Shown here: in pieces, positions 58,404 to 64,000 of the stretch
Numbering within the stretch: position 1 is the stretch's first letter
Layout: the number at the start of each line of letters is the position of its first letter
Assembly: GCA_949432885.1 (NCBI GenBank)
Contig: CASQXY010000005.1
Span: 25,619-89,618 of the forward strand
Reading direction: 5' to 3'
From: an uncultured bacterium
GTDB lineage: Bacteria; Bacillota; Clostridia; Christensenellales; CAG-917
Length of the DNA: 64,000 nucleotides
The notes under the pieces: model-generated
The model's input: the letters and a program-made list of their open reading frames with translations, nothing else
Databases searched by the model: none
Told to the model about the DNA's origin: nothing
Translations under genes and position numbers: made by a program

Positions 58404-59240
58404 TCACAGCGCGGTTTTTGCGACCCTCACCGCGTTGCACTGTATATTCACCGCGACGGGAAGCGCCGATATATGCGTGGGATATTTCCCGATATGAACC
58501 GCAAACGCCGTCGTGTCGCCCGAAAAGCCCTGTGCTCCTATTCCGAGCGCATTTATCTCTGATAGCAGCTCACTTTCTAGCGCGGCGAGTGTTTCGTCCT
58601 CGCTGGGCGCGCCCACCTCTCTTAGCAGCTGTTCCTTTGCGGTGAGCATAGCCTTTTCCGCCGTGCCGCCTATCCCGACGCCGACCACAATGGGCGGACA
58701 GGGGTTGGAGCCCGCCGCCTTCACCGCTTCGACAACGCAACGCTTTACGCCGTCCATCCCCTCGGACGGGGTGAGCATATACAGCTTGGACATATTCTCG
58801 CTTCCGAAGCCCTTAGGCATAAACGCGATTTCAAGCCCGTCTCCGCCCACAATCTCAACGTGCAGAACCGCGGGAGTATTGTCCCCCGTGTTCACTCTCG
58901 TAATCGGGTCGAGCACGCTCGCGCGGTAGCCGTGCCTTGCATATCCGCGGCGTACGCCTTCGCCGACGGCGTCCGAAAGCGTTCCGCCCTCGATATGCAC
59001 GTCCTGTCCGAGCCTGACAAATACGACCGCCATGCCCGTGTCCTGACAGACGGGAAGCCCTCTCCGCTTCGCCACCTCGGCGTTTTCGAGGAGAGTTTGA
59101 AGCGCGAACTTCGCATTTTCGTTGCGTTCCTTTTCGTATGCGGCTCTCATCGCTCCGACGCATGACGGCGTAAGCGCGCCGCAAGCCTCCGTAAGCGAGC
59201 ACACAGCTTCTGAGATTTTTTCGCAGTTTATAGTTTTCAT
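58404..59240 (-). CDS. Class I (Fe-S) fumarate hydratase, alpha subunit (N-terminal domain type)
   Basis: PVCQDTGMAVVFV, GFGSENMS and CPPIVVGVGIGGTAE. The start is set at the MKTINCEK ATG (59240). Confidence 0.88.
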   Translation of the reverse strand: MKTINCEKISEAVCSLTEACGALTPSCVGAMRAAYEKERNENAKFALQTLLENAEVAKRRGLPVCQDTGMAVVFVRLGQDVHIEGGTLSDAVGEGVRRGYARHGYRASVLDPITRVNTGDNTPAVLHVEIVGGDGLEIAFMPKGFGSENMSKLYMLTPSEGMDGVKRCVVEAVKAAGSNPCPPIVVGVGIGGTAEKAMLTAKEQLLREVGAPSEDETLAALESELLSEINALGIGAQGFSGDTTAFAVHIGKYPTHISALPVAVNIQCNAVRVAKTAL

Positions 59241-59397
59241 ATTCGATATTATACCTCTTTTGCCGCCGATTTTCAATACATTTTGCGCACACGGTTGTCT
59301 TACGGCGCGCTTTGTAGTAAACTTATCCTTAATCAAAGCTATATTTATGCCGCCGAAATGTTCACAATCCGCACGGCATAAAACTCACGGAGAAAGC

Positions 59398-60567
59398 ATG
59401 GACTATCAAAAAACTTCGCTTGAAAAGCATTATGAATGGCGCGGAAAGCTGGAAGTGACCGCACGCGCAAAGGTGAACGACAAGGACGCTCTGTCCCTTG
59501 CGTACACGCCGGGAGTCGCAGCGCCCTGTCTCGCCATAAAGGACAACCCCTCGCTGTCCTATTCACTTACGCGTCGCTGGAATACGGTGGCGGTGATTAC
59601 GGACGGTTCCGCCGTGCTCGGTCTCGGCAATATAGGTCCGCTCGCAGGGATGCCCGTCATGGAAGGCAAATGCGTTCTGTTTAAGGAATTTGCGGATATC
59701 GACGCAATCCCCATATGCCTCGACACTCAAGACGTGGACGAAATCGTGGCGGCTATACGCGCAATATCTCCCAGCTTCGGAGGGATTAACCTAGAAGATA
59801 TTTCCGCCCCGAGATGCTTCGAGGTGGAACGCAGGCTCAAAGAGCTCTGCGATATTCCAGTCTTTCACGACGACCAGCACGGCACGGCAATCGTACTCGT
59901 TGCCGCGCTTAAAAACGCACTTAAACTTGTCAAAAAGCCTATTTCAACCGCGCGTTTAGTCATAAACGGCGCGGGAAGCGCAGGAATTGCAATCGCGCAG
60001 TTTCTGCTGAATATAGGCGCAAAAGACATTGTGGTTTGCGACAGACTCGGCATAATCGAAGACTGCTGCAGCTTCAATCCCGCTCAACGCGAGCTTGCAA
60101 ACCGCACCAATCCGCGCAAGGTGCGCGGCACGCTTGCGGATGCGGTACGAGGAGCGGACGCCTTCATTGGCGTAAGCGTAAAGGACGCGCTTTCGCAAGA
60201 AATGGTGCGCAGTATGGCAAGCGAGGCGATTGTGTTCGCAATGGCGAATCCGTCTCCCGAAATCATGCCAGACAAGGCGCTAGAAGCGGGAGCGAGAATT
60301 GTCGCTACGGGCAGGAGCGACCTGCCCAATCAAATAAACAACGTACTCGCTTTCCCGGGAATTTTCAGAGGCGCGCTGGATGTGCGCGCAAGTGTGATAA
60401 ACGAGCATATGAAAATCGCCGCCTCCGAAGCGCTCGCCTCTCTTGTAAGCGACGTGGAGCTCTGCGACACCTATATTCTTCCCAAAGCATTCGACGGCAG
60501 AGTTGCCGCCGCGGTGGCGAAAGCCGTTGCGGACGCGGCGCGCGCCGACGGAGTCGCAAAAATTTGA
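59398..60567 (+). CDS. maeB: NAD(P)-dependent malic enzyme (short, about 390 aa form)
   Basis: [49 protein letters not shown] and [12 protein letters not shown]. The ATG at 59398 has GGAGA upstream; the 92-codon extension in the ORF track overlaps the fumarase gene on the other strand. Confidence 0.92.
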   Translation: MDYQKTSLEKHYEWRGKLEVTARAKVNDKDALSLAYTPGVAAPCLAIKDNPSLSYSLTRRWNTVAVITDGSAVLGLGNIGPLAGMPVMEGKCVLFKEFADIDAIPICLDTQDVDEIVAAIRAISPSFGGINLEDISAPRCFEVERRLKELCDIPVFHDDQHGTAIVLVAALKNALKLVKKPISTARLVINGAGSAGIAIAQFLLNIGAKDIVVCDRLGIIEDCCSFNPAQRELANRTNPRKVRGTLADAVRGADAFIGVSVKDALSQEMVRSMASEAIVFAMANPSPEIMPDKALEAGARIVATGRSDLPNQINNVLAFPGIFRGALDVRASVINEHMKIAASEALASLVSDVELCDTYILPKAFDGRVAAAVAKAVADAARADGVAKI

Positions 60568-60582
60568 GTTTTGCAATTATAT

Positions 60583-60615
60583 AAAAAGGCGACGGATTTT
60601 TCCGTCGCCTTTTTA
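60583..60615. terminator. Bidirectional terminator between the convergent malic-enzyme and HAD genes
   Basis: AAAA-AGGCGACGGA-tttt-TCCGTCGCCT-TTTTA (10-bp stem). Confidence 0.8.
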
Positions 60616-60723
60616 TAAATATTATATCACGCATTTAATATCGCAAACGCAAATCGCGTCTTACCCTACCGCAAAGAAATCCTAAACAAAAACAGCTTGC
60701 ACAAGCTATTCCTTCACGTCTGT

Positions 60724-61413
60724 TTACAGACCGAGCATAGCCGCCAGCTCGCTTACGCCGTGCGCGACGGCAGCAGCCCCGTTGGCTTTCAGGAACTCCT
60801 CCGTCTTATATCCGTAGCTTACGCTTATACACGGTACGCCTGCGTTTTTAGCCGCGATTATGTCAGTATCTCCGTCCCCGACAAAGACCGCCTCATCTGC
60901 GCGAACTTTGAGGCGCGAAAGCGCGTCGAGTATCATATCGGGCGCAGGCTTCAAACGCACGCCCTCCCTGTCGCCTATCGCAACGTCTATAAGACCGCCG
61001 AATTTACTCTCGACAAGTTTTTCCACCGCAAGCTCTATCTTGTTGGACACCACTGCGGTAGCAACTCCATGCTCGCGCAAGCCTTCAAGCAATCGCATTA
61101 TCCCTTCGTACGGCGCAGTGTTATCCTCGCCGTGTACAATATAGTACTCCGCAAATCTGTCGGTGACGGCACTTATCGCGCCTTCGATTTCGCGCCTATC
61201 GCCGCTCGCCTCCGCCGCCTGCCGTATATCCGCAGGCAACGCCAGCTCTATAAGACGGGAGAGCCCCGCGCCTATATATGAGCGCACTTCGTCGAGAGTA
61301 TGCTCGGGATATCCGCACGCCGCAAGAGAGAAATTGAGCGCGTCTCTCAAATCGCAAAGTGTATCCAGAAGCGTGCCGTCCATATCAAAAATAACTGCTT
61401 TGTATCTGACCAT
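60724..61413 (-). CDS. HAD-superfamily phosphatase (phosphoglycolate phosphatase/PpaX-like)
   Basis: Motif I FDMDGTLLDT, motif II VVSNK and motif IV VGDGDTD. Confidence 0.85.
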   Translation of the reverse strand: MVRYKAVIFDMDGTLLDTLCDLRDALNFSLAACGYPEHTLDEVRSYIGAGLSRLIELALPADIRQAAEASGDRREIEGAISAVTDRFAEYYIVHGEDNTAPYEGIMRLLEGLREHGVATAVVSNKIELAVEKLVESKFGGLIDVAIGDREGVRLKPAPDMILDALSRLKVRADEAVFVGDGDTDIIAAKNAGVPCISVSYGYKTEEFLKANGAAAVAHGVSELAAMLGL

Positions 61414-61469
61414 AGTATAATTATACCATTTACGACATATTCGTCAACAATGCGGCATATTTTTTGTAG

Positions 61470-62813
61470 ATGAAAAAGGCGCTGAAAATCACCTTTCTGT
61501 ATATCGGCACAGCGATAGGCGCAGGCTTTTCCTCCGGTAAGGAAATCGCGTTGTTTTTCGGGGACTGCTCTCCTTTGAACGTGGCGGTTTCCTCCGTGTT
61601 TATGTCCTTGCTTTGCGCGCTGTTTCTTATTGCGGGCAAGCACTCGCTTATGCCGAAAAACAAGCTGATGGGATGTTGCATATTCCTCTCCGCAGGCATA
61701 TCCCTCTGCTCCATGCTGGCAGGCGGCGAATACGTGCTGCACTCTTTGAGCGGCATTCCCATGCTCGGACTGATTATGGCGATTGCGGGCGGAATAATCG
61801 TCGTGTCGGGCATAGAAAAAATCAAGCTGTTAAACTCTGTCGTAGTGCCGCTTATTATACTTAGCATTTTTATAATATTTCTCAAACTCGACCCACAGAA
61901 TCATTCGGCGGGATTCTCGATTGCAAAGCCTATACTTTACAGCGGACTCGACGTACTGCTCGGCGGCGTTATAATCTCGGAAGAAGGCAAAAAAATGAGT
62001 CATAAAGAAATTCTGCTTTCGTGCTCTTTCATTTGTATTTGTCTGTTTGCAATATTGTTTATGTTGCAAACGGTGGTTTTATCTGACGAATTGCACTCAT
62101 CAATGCCCGTTTTGGCAGTTGCGGAAAAATTCAATCTCAAAGTCGTTTGCGGAATCCTCATAGCGGGCGCTATATTCACAACGCTTGTCTCCTCTCTCAA
62201 AATACTCTCCGACCGCATCATCGAAACAGCGGTAAAACTGCGCCCGGCAATCGGGGTCAAGGACAAGCTCGGCAAATCTATCGTAGTTTTCTTTTGCATT
62301 CTGATAGCCTTCCCGATAAGTTTCCTCGGCTTTGACAATATTGTCGACACAATGTATCCCTTCATAAGCTGGTGCGGCGTTGCGCTGACTGCGTTTGTTA
62401 TCCTGAAACTTATCGTAAAAGGCATATTCAAAGCGGCTTTTGCGATAAAGAGGAAAAAGCGCTCGAAATCTATGAACGAATCCTCCGCAAATACAAAAGC
62501 CGCCGAAAACGGCGGCTGCGTAAGCGCGGAAACGGAATGCGAAGTCACTCGGATACGTGAAGATTACGACAGGAGCACTCGCCGCTATGACGGCAATGCC
62601 CGTCTTCATGATTATGACAGCCGCAGTCGTCGTGACCGCAGTGCTCGCCGCCGTGATTGTGACAGCCGCAGTCGTCGCAATCGTCCTCATGGTTATAACC
62701 GCGACAAGTCTCGCCCTGACTGTGACAGTCGTCCTCGCTCTCGTCGTCGGACTCGGGATTCAAAATATCTTCAAACGGAGATTTGCGGTCGTCGGGCTCG
62801 TCCAAGCCTTTGA
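61470..62813 (+). CDS. YkvI-family membrane protein with a roughly 100-aa Arg/Ser/Asp-rich C-terminal extension
   Basis: The N-terminus ITFLYIGTAIGAGFSSGKEIALFF resembles B. subtilis YkvI. About 10 TM segments end near residue 335. The frame then stays open to 62813, antisense to the tail of the convergent gene. Confidence 0.7.
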   Translation: MKKALKITFLYIGTAIGAGFSSGKEIALFFGDCSPLNVAVSSVFMSLLCALFLIAGKHSLMPKNKLMGCCIFLSAGISLCSMLAGGEYVLHSLSGIPMLGLIMAIAGGIIVVSGIEKIKLLNSVVVPLIILSIFIIFLKLDPQNHSAGFSIAKPILYSGLDVLLGGVIISEEGKKMSHKEILLSCSFICICLFAILFMLQTVVLSDELHSSMPVLAVAEKFNLKVVCGILIAGAIFTTLVSSLKILSDRIIETAVKLRPAIGVKDKLGKSIVVFFCILIAFPISFLGFDNIVDTMYPFISWCGVALTAFVILKLIVKGIFKAAFAIKRKKRSKSMNESSANTKAAENGGCVSAETECEVTRIREDYDRSTRRYDGNARLHDYDSRSRRDRSARRRDCDSRSRRNRPHGYNRDKSRPDCDSRPRSRRRTRDSKYLQTEICGRRARPSL

Positions 62814-63270
62814 GATATCGATATAACGGGTCGTCGGTGAAATCCTGCTTCAAATCGAAGTCGCCGCCGAGCTCTTCCACGGCGTTTCGTATCTCCATAT
62901 ACTCGTTGTAATTCGGCTCGTACTCCTCGCAGAAATTTTTCAGAATTTCTACGCCCTTTTCGTCGCCGTAGCTGCCTATAAGACGCGCGAACAGCGCCAC
63001 GTCTTCGCCCTTGTAAAGATAACCGACCAATCCCATAAAGATTGCCTTTCTGCCCTTGTACTGCGCGAGCACCTCCATTAGCATTTTGCCCGTATCTCCG
63101 TCTAGCGAATAGGATTTTTCAAGCATATCGTCCACGATAGGCTCGCAGTCCTCCAAAAGGTACTCGTACGCTTCCAACCTGTCGTGATACGGCAATTCCT
63201 CGTCGAGCATTCTGTCTAGCATAGTCAGCATACAATCTCTGTTTTTTTCCTCAATCATCGTCGTCTCCAA
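62545..63270 (-). CDS. Unknown acidic protein with a His/Cys/Asp-rich repeat tail (putative metal-binding)
   Basis: The tail is DDCHSQGETCRGYNHEDDCDDCGCHNHGGEHCGHDDCGCHNHEDGHCRHSGECSC and contains a 15-aa tandem repeat beginning DDCGCHNH. I recognise no domain in the N-terminal 150 aa. Confidence 0.6.
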   Translation of the reverse strand: METTMIEEKNRDCMLTMLDRMLDEELPYHDRLEAYEYLLEDCEPIVDDMLEKSYSLDGDTGKMLMEVLAQYKGRKAIFMGLVGYLYKGEDVALFARLIGSYGDEKGVEILKNFCEEYEPNYNEYMEIRNAVEELGGDFDLKQDFTDDPLYRYLKGLDEPDDRKSPFEDILNPESDDESEDDCHSQGETCRGYNHEDDCDDCGCHNHGGEHCGHDDCGCHNHEDGHCRHSGECSCRNLHVSE

Positions 63271-63985
63271 ACAAAATTTTGCAATACTTGTCGAACAGCC
63301 GCGCGTTCAGCCCGTAACGGGAAATGATGGCTTCGCGGGATTCGTCCTCGCCGTATATGCCGTAAAGCAGCGCGCCTGCAAGCGCCCCTTCGTCTCTGAC
63401 GGAACGCAGTTTCTCCTGCTTTTCCTTAAAAAACAGCAGCTTGCCGTCCTCTTCGCACGCAATCGAATCCAAAAGGTTCGTAAGCTGTTCCAGATAAAAA
63501 TTAGGCTCCTCGTCTGTTAGGACAATATCCATAAAGGCAAGGTCCACCGCAAGTTTCAATGCGCCCGTCATACAGCCGTACGCGTCGGGCAGAAGCGCGT
63601 CAATATGCTTGAATCTGTCCTGCGCGACTATATCGAAAACTATCCGACTGTTTTCATGATTACGCGCTCCGCCGCGCACCGTAACATCGAGAAGGGAGGA
63701 CAAAAGCATCGAGACCGCCTTATACGACAAGCCTCCCGTCACCAAGCATCCGCCGTACGCGTCGGCGGCGAACGGTTCGCTTTGAATTTTTGCTATAAGC
63801 GCGCCCGAGAACGCTGTGTTGCCCGTTTTTACCGTCTGTCTGAAAAGATACTGAAAGTTTTCAAACTCGACGTACTCTTTCCGATAAAACGCGGCAAGCT
63901 CCTCGCTCGACATAAGCAAAACATGCCGAACGCGGTCGAACAACACGTCTCTGCCGCCGTCTGGCATATTTAGGCTGTATTCCAC
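63251..63985 (-). CDS. Hypothetical protein (244 aa), overlaps the downstream His/Cys-tail gene by 20 nt
   Basis: A long ORF with normal composition that ends in DDDD. I recognise no motif. Confidence 0.55.
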   Translation of the reverse strand: MEYSLNMPDGGRDVLFDRVRHVLLMSSEELAAFYRKEYVEFENFQYLFRQTVKTGNTAFSGALIAKIQSEPFAADAYGGCLVTGGLSYKAVSMLLSSLLDVTVRGGARNHENSRIVFDIVAQDRFKHIDALLPDAYGCMTGALKLAVDLAFMDIVLTDEEPNFYLEQLTNLLDSIACEEDGKLLFFKEKQEKLRSVRDEGALAGALLYGIYGEDESREAIISRYGLNARLFDKYCKILFGDDDD

Positions 63986-64000
63986 CTTGTCGGGATTCTG

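Noticed and set aside
62000-62690. Minus-strand ORFs 62000-62548 (182 aa) and 62100-62690 (196 aa).
   Set aside because: They are antisense or alternative frames over the YkvI-like permease. They are hydrophobic mirror-image shadows with no independent support.

Overview
This is a 64 kb chromosomal segment of roughly 50% GC from an anaerobic Firmicutes/Clostridia-like genome. That assignment is inferred from gene content and operon layout; no marker gene is present. About 85% of the window is coding and most genes lie on the minus strand. I found no rRNA, tRNA, CRISPR array, transposase, integrase or prophage genes.

Core content, from left to right:
- rlmD-like methyltransferase (partial) and a PfkA-family phosphofructokinase.
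- A low-GC islet (about 2.2-5.1 kb) holding a lipoprotein, a BspA-type LRR protein, unusual repeats and an ArsR regulator.
- A J-like protein paired with a DUF5685-like protein.
- A P-loop ATPase, thrC and trpS operon.
- rpmE, a DUF1385::prmC fusion and prfA.
- A NitT/TauT-type ABC importer headed by a TM1266-like small regulator.
- A MacB/FtsX-type ABC exporter with a 588-aa lipoprotein.
- queH and a NYN/LOTUS protein.
- A nine-gene V-type ATPase operon translationally coupled to rpiB.
- A 3,538-aa surface protein.
- GTP-PEPCK, a DUF4364-like protein and asparaginase.
- An eight-gene aromatic supraoperon (aroF-tyrA-aroB-aroA-aroC-pheA-aroE::aroK-aroQ).
- An FMN riboswitch with a RibU-like ECF S-component.
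- Class I fumarase alpha and beta subunits, malic enzyme, a HAD phosphatase and a YkvI-like permease.
- Two unknown genes, one with a His/Cys-rich tail.

Most interesting observations:
1. A 19-codon Phe/Tyr-rich leader ORF with mutually exclusive antiterminator and terminator hairpins sits upstream of the aro operon. It may be translated from a leaderless transcript.
2. A tandem 151-bp terminator-carrying repeat and a 75-nt hairpin lie next to a tiny hydrophobic ORF and the ArsR gene.
3. An unclassified structured leader precedes the surface-protein genes.
4. An unclassified attenuator-like leader precedes the ABC importer.
5. An HPD-less J-like protein with a cysteine-string tail is coupled to the DUF5685-like gene.
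6. Two convergent genes overlap by 269 nt across a His/Cys-rich repeat tail.
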